64,000 bases of DNA. It comes from Balanoglossus misakiensis. Lineage: Eukaryota > Animalia > Hemichordata. The translations under genes were made by a program, and so were the position numbers. Location: positions 62,001 to 126,000 of the forward strand of contig CM082587.2 in the NCBI GenBank assembly GCA_040954595.2, given 5' to 3'. Shown one piece after another: positions 37,601 to 52,458 of the stretch; position 1 is the stretch's first letter, and every line of letters begins with the position of its first letter. The notes below the pieces were generated by a model that saw only the letters and a program-made list of their open reading frames with translations, was not told where the DNA came from and did not search any database.

Positions 37601-40600
37601 ACAGCATCAGAATATGAACAGCGAGTCATTCTCTTCCCGGCTGGTGTCAAATATTTTATATTTACTGACAACATAAGCATGCGATAGGTCTAAGTGATTC
37701 ATGGAATGTAAGCCTATAGTCTATGGTGACGTATTTTCGGGGAAAGTCCAAAATCTTGCAGTAAGGAAAGAATAACCGCTAAATGTATTGTTTCTACCAA
37801 AACAAGGCAGCATTTGAGGAAGTGTATAACTTTAATACGAACACCATCGAATTTCTGAAATGAAACTTGATGTGTTCCAAGATGTTTGTTCTGTGGCCTA
37901 TCAGTCTACCCACTGAGCATGATAAATAAGAATGCAGGATGCTACTCAACTCAACATGTATTTGCGATGTTTTGTTCTGTTTGTACTGTTCAATGTACGA
38001 AGTTGTGACAGAAGAAACAATTTAGACTAAGCCATTTCTCTATTTCAAATGAAAAGTAAGCTTAGTTTTTGTCATTTCGCGAATTTTAAAAGCGTTGTAT
38101 TATATTAGGCCTAGACCTACAAATGAAGGTATATAAATAATCTTCCTCTAGCAGAGTAGAAAATTATTTTTGTCTAGTAAGCTTATACTGCTATGAAATC
38201 GATATCCAATGCGTGCCTAGTAGGCATATAAGTGTTTTTATGGCCTAAGATTCTTCGTGTAATCATGGTAAATGGTGTTGCTATAGTAGTTGTTGCTTGC
38301 AACGTTTACGTCCATGCTTGGGATCTTATTAAATGTGTTAAGTTCTCGGAGAGGAGCGAACAACAGTCAAGAACAGCGAAGGTAAAGACCGAGCCAATTG
38401 CCCCTAGAGACCATGGTTATAAGGCCAGTGTGTACGAAAAATTGAGTCACAAATTTGTCAGTAGTTTTGACAAAGCTCAATGACAAATACTCATTCATAA
38501 CAGCTTTACAGATATTTTTGAAAATCAACAATCCTCCATTTCTTACCCTGCATCCTTAAATATGGTACCATTGAATCGCATCCTGGTACATCTAGGATGT
38601 TTTCGACTTTACATTCATTTGTGGATTTGGGCGGTTGTGCAGTCATGCCAACAGATTGGATTTTTCTATTCGGTGAACATGAATCTGTGGAGATCTGCAT
38701 GCTTGTACAATAGTGATATCAGTCAATCTATGAACTGATCTGGAAAATCCTGCAGGCACTGACCTTCCAGTCAAATAAAAATTTGGCCATGAATTTTACT
38801 TTAAGTGGATATTGTGTATCATTTTCCTTTAGTGATACAACAAATTTAAGTTTTCAGGTTTGGAAAATACTGAATCCAACAAATTTGATTTTAATTTTTC
38901 GATTGGTTTCTAAAGTATGAGAACGAGGAGCAAATAACCCACAGGCAAGATGAGATTTTACTTAACAACTGTGTTCTTTTTTTAAATTCAGCGTGGTATG
39001 GGTATTAGCAAACTGCAATCCTCGTATTGGGACTGGCTTAATAGTCGATCTTAGATACGAGGAGAATGTGGATCTCTTCATGGGTGCACCGTGCTCCCAA
39101 GGTAAGCAAAGCCCTTGTTGTTTTTCATTTTCCTTCTACGTGAATGTCATTAATGGCATGACATTACTGAAATAAATAGAGATGCGTTTCCAAACACGTA
39201 TTCAAGCGATACACCCATATAATATAAAAATACTAATTTTCACTGGTTATATTATTTGAATCTCTAGTGACATATCTTTCATAAAACAACCCAGCAGTCC
39301 ATGAATCTTTATTATTATGTTTGATACAACAACACAGATGGAATAGTGGTTGCTATGGCCTTGCTGCATCTGTACTGATTGTGGCGGACTTGAATACATT
39401 CGTTTATGTGGAACGATGCTTGTTTCCTTTATACAACCATACACGGGCATCTTGCAGTGCGCATCTCTAAGAGCCGGCTTTCTCTTTGGTGTTAAATTAT
39501 TAACCCTCCTGTTGTTGCATTGGCATTCCATACTTTATTCGAGGAGGGGGATCATACAGAGAAACATGAAGAACAACTCGAACTGACAGGCAGGAAATAG
39601 AATGCACCATGTCATGGAGCGAACATGCTTTTATTTCATGAGCCTATAGACAAATCAATAGTTCACCGAATTCGCTGGATATAAAAGATGTACCTGGTAG
39701 AGGAACGGTTCCTCTCTTCAAGTAAAAGATACTTTTCAGATTGTGATCACTGGAACCACACTGATCGGCAGCACAAAATCAGTCTGAATCATCAGATGAA
39801 TAGTCTCTGAATGTTCTTTCCACAAAGCAATCAAAGTTTTGTTTTGACTTGTCACTCTTAAAGATTATTGAATGGACATTTTATGAATCTGAAAGTCATG
39901 CACATTATACAAAGAAGACAATGCTGTAAAGGTTTAGATGAAGAAAATAATCTGTTATCTGCCAGTGTTGGTTTTATCAGAGTGACTTATTGTGTTAACT
40001 ACAATATTTATGTAAACTAGGAGTTAATTGGTATGCAGACTTGAAATTGACTTCTTATGGTTATTTAATTTCTGATAGTCATATAAGCATGGATTTTAAG
40101 TAAAACCTACTCCAAAGACTAAATGATACGAAGGCTGCTTTTTACCTGAAGGCATACATGTATGCAGCGGAAATCACGGAAGACGCTCTGTTTATCTCTG
40201 ATTTAAAACATGATTGGGAGATAGAGAGTGAACATCTCTGAGTTATGATATTTAACAAAAAAAATTGACAGAACTTGCTGTGTTCTTCCTACATGTTGGG
40301 GAACATGTACACATTGGTCCATGCCCTTTATCAAAGATCGCAAACATAAAAGGCAAAGATAATTAAAGTTCAAGGAAATTCATTGTCAAGAGAGATTTCT
40401 GAGGTTGTGAAGTCAATAATATACATGGAACAACCGTCCATTAAGGTGATTGTTCATCCATGACGTAGTTCAAAACGCATTAATGAGTTCTGACTTGTCA
40501 TGAGGTCATATTGACGTTTGATCATCGGAAAATTTTTGAAAGTGCCTGACAGTTTTCAGTTCCATAGCCTATATATACAGACGTACTATTGAGTCAAGTC

Positions 40601-43600
40601 CACAATGCAATATTTGTACATGCATGACATTTATTTCTGGCTGTGTGTTTTGTGTTTATCCTTATTTATGAACCTGACATTTTTGTATCATTATTAAATG
40701 TTGCCTGACTATACTTTTCTCTGTTAATTTATTTATTGAATAGTTGCTGTCCCTGCCGGACATTTATCATCATACTGGAATCTGCCAATGGTGGCTTGGG
40801 TGTCACGTGATCCAAAACTAGCCGACAAGAGTGAATTCACCACAATGGCTAGAATCATGGGACCACTGAATAAAGTTGGACTCGTGTGTGCTGAGGTAAA
40901 GGGAAAAGTGGACAAGAATTTTATGCGGATAGTTTAATGATCATATACCCTCTGCAGTAATGTGGATAGGATGCAGTCTTTTTGATGTTGCCAGAAGCTT
41001 AAGACTGCATGTACATATTTAATATCAGACGTGGATGACTAAAGTTGTTGCAGTGATAATTCACTTTCATTGGCTTTTGGCAACATTCTTTGATTTATTG
41101 CTTCATATACTGTATATTTAGTACAGCGCTAGTTTGTCTTTTGGATCTTTAGAAAAGAAACACGATGCGTTTTGCAAAGTCCATTTGTTTGATCACGTTT
41201 ATACCTCTTCAACAATTTTTTTAAATGTTTCATATGATTTTATTTATGCTACTTGCCTTTTCAAATAAAATTGCGTAAGAAACAGTCATTGCAAGTGTCT
41301 TCACAAATTCCAAATTTTACATGCAAACCCTTACAACCACATGTAAGCGTGAAAGAGCCAAATACGTCTGTTACCACGGGTAATTTCTCAGGATCTTTCT
41401 TGCTTTGTGTTGCTTTGGTTTATTGTGTTCCATGCATTAATGTGTAATTCTATAAATCAAATCAGCAAAATCACAGTAAGTTTCTGTCAGATTTGTCCTT
41501 CAATTCAATAGTGAAACATTTTCTGAAAAATCTATGAGTGCACCCCATTTAATCTTAAACTGCGTGGTTGTCCGCAAGCTTTAATGAGTCACGCAATTCT
41601 CTCCGCGACTGAACCGAAGTCATTTTCTTGAAGGCCAGAGTATCATATGATCTTTAATAAATCTTTTATTTTCTGATATGGGATTTTAGCTGTAAACAAT
41701 ACATGTAGAACCAAATTAGTAAAATGGTTACAACAATTTGTTGGGGAAAAGTAAGCACATTTTCCTCTCAGGAAATTCCATCTTGCATTGTAAATTTCGG
41801 CAACCATGCATTATATAACAATTTTAACTTACTTCCATACATTGTTCGAAATTTGTGAGTATGAATTTTTAAACCATAGGAAGCTATCACTTGAACAGAA
41901 TCAACCAGCCTTCTCTAACATTTTATATTCCTGACTTCACCCCTGTGTTTGAGTTTGTCATGTTTGGTTTTATATTTCAGATGTTTAAACATTTCGGTTG
42001 GAAGATCGGTGTCATCATTTATGCTGAGTCACTTGATGTCTGTGGGTTCTCTGCCAAAGCCGTGCAATCAGCCTTCCGCCAAAACAATATTACCGTTGGA
42101 GATACCATTGAATATGTTACTACGGATGGGATGGCCGAACAAGATGTGGATGATATTTTCTTAAAGATCAAACAGAGAGGAAGAAGTAAGTAATGTCTGT
42201 CTGTCTGTCTCCTTGTCTGTCGCTTACTTACCTCGGCAGATCTATCTAGATATCGAACTATTGATCGATCAATCAATTGATGTATGGATACATGGATGGA
42301 TAGAAATGTAATCAGTTTTAATTGTTTGATACGTTATCGGTAAATTTTCACCACATTATCGGTAAGGAAAACTTATAACGTCAGTAAAATTTTGCTACAT
42401 TATCGATTAGAAAAAAATACTTTGCTACATTATCGATTAGAAAAAATACTATGTTATCTTTTTGTTAGTACGGTATTGATTGATTTGATACGTTATCAGT
42501 TTTTTTTACTCCGTTATTGCATTTGCCACGTTATTGCTTAGTTACATACGGTTGAAACAGGGCTAGCATTGAATTTCGTGTGGGGAGCTTGGCTGTGGGA
42601 GAGGAGATAATATAAATTAAAAACTAACTTTCTCTTCTTTCAGTCGTTATTCTCTGTAATAACGACTTCAGTGAAGAAAGACAATTCCTTCTATGGGCCC
42701 ATGACCGTGGCATGACACAAGGCAACTATGTCTATGTGCTCTTGAACAAACTGTTTGCTAATGAGCGTAGCTACATGAAACCATGGGAACAAAACGACAA
42801 CAGGGATGTTGATGCATACTATGCGTACGAGACAGCGCTTGAGGTAAGATATTGTGAAGCAAACAAAGAACAACATTAATTTCTTGGTAAAGTCCATTAT
42901 CAAAGCCTCATATATCACTACCGGTACAAATCATCAAGTCATTCTGTGTTCGTGCCCATTAAGCTGTATGGATCAGGAAGCCAAATGAATTTTGGCAAAA
43001 TATATGAATAGCAAAATTCCTGAAATTTATTAAATATGACTTTCAGAGGAGTTTTAAGTGATTAAGTTGCTGTTCTAAACCGGGGCTAAAATGTAGAGAG
43101 GTGAGGCAGCAAAAGCAAATGTGAAAAAATGGAAGTTGACTGTTCTGTTAAATGCGAGCCTTTTTAGAAAAATACAAAGTTGTGAAATGGGTAAGGAGAC
43201 TATAGACCGTGTACCGAGGTGCATCACAAAGACCTTGATGTTAAAGAGTTAATGCCTTGTTACTAACATTCAATTGTCTTCACTTGTAAAATACTACACA
43301 TGCAATTTCATGATTGTCCCCATTTTCTTTTCTGTCTCGTTTCTTTGTGAAAATAATTTCTTTTTATAGATAATTGTGGAAAAAATTAGTAACGATGAAA
43401 TTGAAACCTTTTTTGACCTAATACCAGTAAAGATGGCTGAACCTCCATTCAATCATACATTGCCACCAGGAACTAGGGTATGATTTTTTTTTTTTACATT
43501 TTCATTGATTTTATCCCTGAAGAATACTGAGATAATTTAATCTTATTTTGCTGTTCAGTTGTATCGTATCTGATAGGTGCATTCTCCAGCAGCAGGAGAC

Positions 43601-45782
43601 AATCTACTTGAACCCAAATCTGAAGTGGTAACCATGGAAACCCAGTGTAGACCCTTATTGATGGGCTGAGGAGTCAATCCGTCATATTGTTTACATCATA
43701 TTGTCTTGTTGTTGTTGTTGTTGTTGTTGTTGTTGCAGACTAGCATTTACTTCATAGAGTGTATGTATAGCCACTGGCTGGCATTTAAAAAAACATAGCA
43801 ATTATTGTAATGTACATGTACTAACTTGGCTTCATTTGACCTATTCTGTCCAGGGAAACATTTATTCCCCATACCTCCACGACGCTGTGTTCATGTATGC
43901 AATCGCACTGAACAAAACTCTCGAACAGGGTTATGATGCAAGGGATGGCACTACCTGGTTGAGCAATGTAAAGGGATTGAGATTTGAAGGTAACTTGTAC
44001 ACCACTGTGCAATATACTGACTTTTCATAATCACTTGTGGTACGTATAACTTAGTTTGTGTATCACAAAATGAAGCTTTGGCTGTATTCCGGTTTTATCT
44101 CTAACAGGAATGACAGGAAGTGTGGTTATGGATGAAAATGGTGATCGAGAGCCTAACTTTTGGATAATGGATCTGCGATCAAGCGGGGAAATGGAGCAAG
44201 TGGCTGAGTCACATACAATTGAAAGCGGAGAACGAGTGAGTAGTCACAGCTCAAGTGATAAAGTCAAAAAATAAAAACAGAATTGTGTGTAGAATCCCAA
44301 TCAGTGCTTTAATAACAACCTAGAAGGTGATTTTCATCTTTTTATTTTATGGTTCACAATGAATAGATCAAGACTGTGAGCATAATCTGATATTTTTGTG
44401 AAATCACACTCATGCCATTGATAAAATTATCAACATTTCTTGTGGGACTGCACCACAATATACCGGTAGTGTGTCCAACAGACATTTGAGCTGGTTATTA
44501 TTTTCAGGTATTTGTACAAACTGGGCTGCCCATTTGGGGTAAAGGAGAGCGAGGTGCCATTTTAGACACCCCACTAGATCGACCCGTCTGTGGTTTCTTA
44601 GATGAGTACTGTGAACATCAAGGTTAGTATTTGTGGTGGGAGCTATTGCTGCCCTCACTCCAGACTGGTAGATATACACTATACAATGCTGCATGTGCAA
44701 AAATAGGAAAAATATGTCTGCCCTACGGACAGCTCACAGATACTGCTGCCCTCCGGGCAGACAGTACTGGTAAGATTTGATGCATTAATTTCTTTTAGGA
44801 ATATTAACATCCATACCCTAGTCTATTTTTGTCTGTTTTGTTAAAGACAATACTGTTTTGATTGTCACTATTACGGTTGTGGTTGCACTCGCTGTATGCT
44901 GCACTGTAACAGCCTTGCTGGTATATAGGTAAGTGATCAAGTTTTTGTACTGTAATTTCAAAAAGCTGATAAAACATGCACCGTTCTGATGGCCTAAGGA
45001 GGCAGAGTAAAGCCCTGTTACTCACACTAACGGGAAAAACCATTTGGGGATAGGTTGTCACTTGGTGTATTAACTCATTAATTCAGCCACAGAGTCTGTA
45101 TGGGAACAGTAATTTTTTTGAGGTATCATGGACATACATAAATACAAGCATCTAGCAAATCAGTATGCCAAAGTATAAACCTTAATTTTATTTTCTCTAT
45201 ACCCACTCAGCTATCCAAAGCAAACCGCTCCAGATTAGAATACAGCCATGTGGCCTCCTGTAATTACAACATTTCTCACTGTACAAATCACCTTCTTTGG
45301 TGTTTCTCTTGCCTTTTCCTTTGGATTTATTGTTGCAGAATGCGCTCTCGGCATGATGTATCCGTAGTTCTGTGGCAAATAAAATCAGACGAGGTTACCA
45401 TGGCTAACAAGGTGAGATTAAAATTGTTTGTATTTCTGATGCAAAACGGATCCCTTTATGAGGTAAATGACGGGAAACGAGTTTCTACAAAGCTTAATAG
45501 GTCATGAATTGTTTTATGTGTTCTTCCAGCAGCCCTCGTCTCTTCTAGGGAGTATGAGTTCAAAAACATCCAGTTTGACGCATGGTGACTCTGACAAGGT
45601 TTTGACCCTTGTGGCAACATACCAAGGCGTTATTTGTGCTGTGAAAAGGATCAATAGAGATACTGTTAATTTACGGAAAGAAGATATTGAAGAGCTCAAA
45701 GTGGTAAGATACATTCAATCTTGTTTTATATGTGTATATGTGTGCATGTGTGTTTATGAAAATGGACATGTATGTGTGTATA

Positions 45783-45825
<43 letters not shown>

Positions 45826-48800
45826 ATGTATGTATGTATGTATGTATGTATGTATGTATGTATGTATGTATGTATGTATGTATGTATGTATGTATATATG
45901 TATGTATATATGCATGTATGTACAGGTACATGTATGTATGTATGCATGTATGCGTCTGTATTTACATGTGTATATGTAACAGGTATGTATTCTGTCCATC
46001 TATATCCATCTGATTAAGTGTCATGTTCTCATAACATGCTTTTATTTGATTACATTAACCTAGCCTTCCTGTCTCATCTTATTGCAAATACTATTATTCG
46101 TTTTATGGTGTACTTTTGTCGTCAGCTGCGGAATATGAATCATGAGAACATCAACAAGTTCTACGGAGCATGTTTTGAACCATCTAACAACTTCTTCCTC
46201 ACCGCATATTGTCCAAAGGGCAGTCTAGCAGTGAGTACAAAAAAACCTATTGTGTGATAATAATGTGAAAGGAATTCATATCTTTTTTCCTGTATCTCAG
46301 ATGTTGGCAAAGACAGACCATTGTAGTAGGAATGAGTCTTACTGCAGGAAACAACTTATTAATACCAACATTACATCATTTTGGTTCATATGAACATATG
46401 AACATTTGATAGTAAATGTTGAAGGTACAATAAAATATGAAACATAAAGTTGAAATTTCTATTTTGCAGGATATTCTTGAAAATGAGGACATCAAATTAG
46501 ATTGGATGTTTAAAGTCTCTTTTATCTCAGATCTGATAGAGGTAGGAGCACAAACTGATTGTTCTTTTATTCTTGATCATCCCAAAGTTAACACAGTCTT
46601 TTATGGTGACAGGTCATTCTCTACAGGAGCACCACGGTTGTGGAATAAGCTACCGGTTCCACTCCGTAGCAGGGAGAATTTTAAGGTTTTTAAATCCAAC
46701 CTTAAAACGTTTTTATTCAGGGAATGACTTGTTATCCATTTTTAACCATTGTCTATTTTTTATTATACATTTTTAGCATTTTACTTGTCTTTGTATTTTT
46801 AAGCAGCGATGTACAGCACTGTGGGATGTCTTTTTACATGGAAAGCGTTTTTAAGAATTGAATATTATTATTATTATTATTATTAAATAAATTTTACATA
46901 TTTTACGGGATGGAAAAATGTCTTGGACAGGAATTTGGATTAAATAGGCATTACATGTATCTTTGGCCATTCATTATCTTGTTATTTTTCATTATCATAG
47001 TCATTGAAGTATGGCAAATAATGAAATATGGTGTTTTGACAGCTCAAAACACATTCTGCATAGATGTTTAAAAATGACATGTTACTATGATCAAAATAAA
47101 TATATTTATAGGGAATACACTACATTCAAAAGACACCTCTCGGTTCACATGGTAACCTGAAATCTACAAACTGTGTTGTGGACAAGAAATGGGCTTTGAA
47201 GTTGACTGACTTTGGCTGTGGAAAACTCCGTTCAATACAAAATCAGGGCATTCCAGAACTTGACCATGGATCCGGGATTGTAAATAATGACCAAGTGGAA
47301 AAGTCATGGCGCAGTGAGTTTTATATTCTGAATATGCATATGCATTGAACCATAGTAACTTGACTTTCCTTTTCCCTTAAAGGGAGAGAAGCTCTTTTTT
47401 TGATATTTTACTAAAAGAGAACATTATTGTGAATTCTGAAGGTATTTATTCTGTCAGAACAGCTGAATCAAGAGTGGACTATGGCTATATAGTGTCATGC
47501 TCTCTCACTGATTTAACTAATACGCTTAGAAAGGTGACTGACTTAAAGGCACGTAAGCTGTAACTTTTGGGAAAATTTTCATAATTTTTGTTTCAAACTG
47601 CAATACCATTAGTCCATGCACATGAAGGCAGTGAACTATACACAAGCATTATAAACCTTAAATGTGAGTGCATATGCAAGTTTTAACCAGATAAATAATA
47701 AAGCTTTGCCGCAAGCGATAATGGCCGCCACCGTGGGAAAATGCAAGAAACAATGAAAATGTTGCATTTCCGGTTGTGAAACTTCATAAACAAAACATGA
47801 TCTCATCCACTTGAGCTCATGGAAGTAAATGTACACCACTGAGACATCAGATTTTCATTTTTCATTGCAATATTGCACTTTTTTTAAATTGCAGGAATTT
47901 TCGTTTTTCTTTAATATTTGGCCATTTTGTCATAAATAAGTGTTGAGCTTGATATATTATCATGAAATATCATTTAATTGACATAATTAAAAGCATATAT
48001 GAGATTATTTAAAACTTTAATATTTTTATCCCATTCCTGTCACATATAATGATTATTTTGGATCAGACTGGACTAAATGTAAGCTTATTCTTCATTTGAA
48101 TATATCAAAGATTGACATATCAATATATAGCAGAAGGCATACTATTATTTGTGATAAACAGTCACCCATGATTAAATACTGTTTCAAAATGTAGAATACT
48201 TTAATAGTTAATCCAAACAACATAAAACTTGCCCTTAAATCTGTTAATTTCTTTAGAAAGATGTAAAAAGACCTCATGAGTAATTTGTAATATACAATGT
48301 GCCATTTTTTGCAGAATTACTTTGGACTGCACCCGAGTTACTGCGAGACTTAAACAAAGCATATAACGGTACAGATACAGGCGATATCTACAGCTTTGGT
48401 ATGATATTACAGGAAATCGTACAGAGACGAGGTGTTTTTCCGACTGAAAAAGATATGTTTGTCAAAGGTAAGAATTGTATAACTGTGGAAAAGATAAAAT
48501 ACCATTTGCGATTTGGAAACACGTACTGACCTGCTTTTGCTAGCAAACTTTCTAAATGTATAATATTTATAATAAACATCAATGGAGAGGATAGAATTAC
48601 AAATCATTTTTATGGAGTTGAATAAATTAGAGGAGTCAATCTGTGATATGACACAGTTTGACGCCGTATGTGTCAATTAGCATACCCAGAAGTATTACTG
48701 AACTTTTGTCGTTCTTGTTGCTGCCATCATTTCTGTCCACAAACGTTCCATTCTTAAACACATCATCAGTGCAAGATCCCTATCTGTCTTCTAGTGCTTT

Positions 48801-51800
48801 GTTCATTATTGTTCATGTGTTTTGAAGTACAACCATGTATGTAAATGACCAGGAATTATCATTAAAATTAAATGGGTGCAAACAAAAGACATTATAGCGA
48901 TATCAATTAATCCACTCAGTGATACGGCTTTGGCATTTTGCTATTGAATTGTGCATAAATTGCTCAAACAAACTACTGTAAGATCATGTGTGTTCCTTTT
49001 GAGAAAGTTTTAAAAATTAATCCAAAAATCCCACTGCTGATATATTTTGTGCAGCCCATGTAACGTCTGTAGCTGGTCACTTTGTAATGTATGAAGACCT
49101 GTCATCCCAGTAAGTTGATTGGCCAATTATAAGCCTCACAAAATTAACTTATAAGTGCACTTTAGTTGCTGATAGTAGATTAATTTTGCTTTGCATGTTG
49201 TACTATATTCTAGACATTGTAAACCGTGTAAGAAGTGGAGAAACCCCACCGTTCCGACCCGATATTTCCCCCATGCTTTGTGAACCGGAGATGGCTAGTA
49301 TGATTCACAACTGTCTGTCAGAGATTCCTGATCTGCGTCCTAACTGTGATGCAATCAGACGCAGAATATTAGAGCTAAATAATGGCAAGTAAGTCGGTTA
49401 AGTTAATTAATATGACATCAGTTCTTGGACTTTTGTGAGTATCTAAAAAAACTGAGTCTGTCTGCATGGCACTGTCAGCCTTGTCTGTCTGTCAGTGAAG
49501 GCCTACTGTTATTTCTTGTTTCTGCGTACTAGTAACATGAGACTGCATGTAAAGGATACAGTTAATGGCTGTGAAATATGATACCCATGTATTATCCTCG
49601 TCTTAAATAACACATTTTGTTTGCACTCGCATAGGGAAATTAAGCAGTACATGCATGCATTATTTACTTATCCCATAAGGGTTTGTAACAATTTTGTATT
49701 CAGCCTTTCCATTTGCTATTATGTTGTTGAATTTAATTGAAATGACTTGAAAGCAAGAAATCTATCATTTAAAATTTAAATGCATACTCACAATCAACCA
49801 AGCCAACATTATTTAGTGAGTCAAGCATAGTCAGTCAGCCAGTTACATATTAGTAAGTCAATTGACTTTAAGTTTCATTCATATTTTCAGAAAACCAAAC
49901 GTTCTTGACAACTTGCTTCAGAAGATGGAACGGTATGCTGACAACCTTGAAGATCTAGTTGGAGCCAGAACAAAGGAGCTTGTCGAAGAAAAGAAAAAGA
50001 CAGACATGTTATTGTATAGGATGTTACCCGCGTGAGTTTATGTTATCTACTACTACATCAGTATTTAGCTACATGCACCAATGACACCTGAACATGCCAC
50101 ATAAACAAATATCACTAAGACCTGGAAATGACAGAAATGAATAGAAGCAGTATTTTTTTTTATTCCTGCTTGTGATATTTGCATCTGTTCCAGTATACAT
50201 GTCTGTATTTGGACAGTGTATTGATGGCAGACTTTTATATGGTCCTGTTTAAAGGGTTATATACAGCTGACATGTTTTCTATAATAGACAAGAAAAATAT
50301 AGCAGGATCACAATGGACTAAAATTATTATTGTTCTTAATTTTATTCTGTTTTAAGGAGCGTGGCTGAGCAGTTAAAATCTGGCAAAACAGTGCATCCAG
50401 AGACCTACGACCAAGTATCAATTTTCTTTTCTGATATTGTTGGTTTCACCTTGATATCTTCACAAAGCAGCCCAATGCAGGTGAGCAACTCTCTTGTCTA
50501 TAGAATAGTCTGAAAATTGCATGTCACATGATTATCACCCATGGATTTTATTAAAGTCAAATCAGTATAAAAGTGCAACGTAAATAATAACTGATTTCGA
50601 TTTGGCTTGATAAAACATAAGGGTAATATGGTTGTCTATGGAAAGCCCAATCACAGTATTGGCAAGTACCCGGTACAAGGAAACACTGCACTAAATTTGT
50701 TGATGATGGTATTATATGTATGTTTGTAATGTCATTTACTGCTTTAGGGCGGTGGGAATTGAAACATCCTCATGACAAATTCAACCTATATTGCATTTGA
50801 ACTCCCCCCCCCCCCCCACTATTTTAATAATTTAGTACTTTAAATCATCTATCAAATATATTCTTTTCAGGTTGTTGATCTGCTTAACAATCTTTATACA
50901 CTTTTTGATGAAATTATTGAACGCTTTGACGTTTACAAGGTATGTTGCATAGAAATCATGAAATTGGTTATTTCTGTGATAATCAGTAAAGGGTCGTGTT
51001 AAATGTGGGGGAAATGTCTCAACTTGCTAGAAGTTGCCAGAATCCCTCATGAAACATGATAGTAATATGTTTTAGTTGATAGTGACAATCTCATAGATTG
51101 TGTGTCTTTAAATGTGTTACCATGATCAAATGTATACTAATTTAAAAATCGTTGTCATCTGCAGGTGGAAACTATCGGGGATGCATACATGGTCGTTTCT
51201 GGGTTACCTAAGCGCAATGGTACTCGGCATGCCGCAGAGATCGCCAGTATGGCTCTGGCCATGCTTGAACAGATCAAAAACACTGAAATCAAGCACATGC
51301 CAAGAGAAACACTGCAATTACGCATAGGTGTACACACTGGACCTTGTGCAGCTGGTGTGGTTGGATTGTCAATGCCGAGGTACTGTCTGTTCGGCGACAC
51401 TGTGAACGTTGCCTCCAGGATGGAGTCTACTGGGGAGGGTAAATAACAACAGTTATATGTGTTCCTTACAAAAGCCTGCTTTAAATGATCACATCGACAG
51501 CAATTTATTCATGTCATGTCATGTTGTGATAGGCTTGCATTGTGCGACATGTAGTGTGATGTGTTATGTATTGTATTGTACAGTAGTGTTATAGTGCCAA
51601 TAAAGTATGGTGGATTGAATTGTATTTGTACACTTTGAAAACATCAACAACTGTCATATTTGTACAATGGGCAGAATTCTGAACTTTTTTTTGTTTTACT
51701 ACCCTTGCGGGCATTTCAATAATTGTCCTGTTCACATTGTCCAAATCTAACTGGAACCTACACGTCGGTTGGCATCCACATTTGATGATGCAATTGAAAT

Positions 51801-52458
51801 TAGAGCTGGCACAAATTTACAGTGGTTTGTATCCTCTGACCTATCACATTTCAAACCATGGACAAGAGCCATTAAAAAGATGGCATACACACTTCTCTCA
51901 AAATAAAGAATTACTAACCTCTTAATGTGATCATTGTCACAGCCCTGAAGATTCACTGTAGTAAGTGGACTTACAATGTACTTGGTTTAATTGGAGGATA
52001 CATCTTAACGCCACGAGGGGAAATAGACATATGGGTAGGTGTCAAAAGGTTAACTAATATTCCATGATTGAATTGATAATGGATAGCAAGAAAGCAAGGA
52101 AATGGAACACTTTTTTGGATGAAACAAACATTCTCATATTGCACGTTCTCTAGATCACTTTTGGGTCAACACAACTATCGAACAATAAATCGTGGAAACA
52201 TTTTGACTCTCATCCAGTATAAGGCATTTCAAACATTATATATGAACTGTATGTGAGCTGGTTTAATAATAAAACATCTAGCATCCTTGCCTGTTGTTTG
52301 GGCAAATATTTACAAGTAAAACAAGCAGATGCTGTCCCATTAATAATTTTGTGTCTTCAATCATTGTTTCTTCATTCTAACATATTCAGGGAAAGGGCAA
52401 GATGAGTACTTTCTGGCTGATTGGCAAAGAAGGTCAGGAGTCAAGTGGCTCTCAGTAG
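34680..52458 (+). CDS. Receptor (membrane) guanylyl cyclase, atrial natriuretic peptide receptor-like, ~1057 aa
   Basis: 23 phase-consistent exons: 34680-34894, 38992-39101, 40744-40895, 41981-42185, 42644-42843, 43370-43477, 43854-43989, 44108-44235, 44508-44622, 44847-44928 (TM), 45339-45411, 45530-45703, 46126-46230, 46470-46541, 47112-47313, 48315-48467, 49214-49388, 49891-50031, 50357-50480, 50871-50939, 51165-51438, 51943-52034, 52390-52458. Signal peptide; ANF-receptor ectodomain (FKHFGW, YLHDAV, DENGDRE); kinase-homology domain ([22 protein letters not shown]); cyclase ([37 protein letters not shown]). Confidence 0.95.
42326..42550. repeat. Degenerate minisatellite with core tacRttatcgg/at
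   Basis: Repeated tacgttatcggtaa / cacattatcggtaa; tttgctacattatcgattagaaaaaa(a)tac occurs twice in tandem. Confidence 0.75.
43706..43735. repeat. (GTT)n microsatellite
   Basis: ttgttgttgttg... run. Confidence 0.9.
45784..45965. repeat. Compound (TCTG)n(TATG)n microsatellite
   Basis: Directly visible; explains the spurious low-complexity ORFs in several frames. Confidence 0.95.
46575..46884 (+). mobile_element. 5'-truncated LINE (L2/CR1-clade) 3' end with (ATT)n tail
   Basis: Translates [48 protein letters not shown], matching the typical L2/CR1 ORF2 C-terminus (G.RSFS..AP.LWN.LP..LR.....FK..LKT.LF); followed by a 3' UTR and a tattattattatt tail. Confidence 0.85.

Noticed and set aside
42326-42550. 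CRISPR-like repeat-spacer pattern
   Set aside because: Eukaryotic intron, degenerate irregular units and no cas genes; it is a minisatellite.
45671-46017. Several ORFs of CMYV/HTYI/RQTD repeats
   Set aside because: Translations of an intronic tetranucleotide microsatellite.
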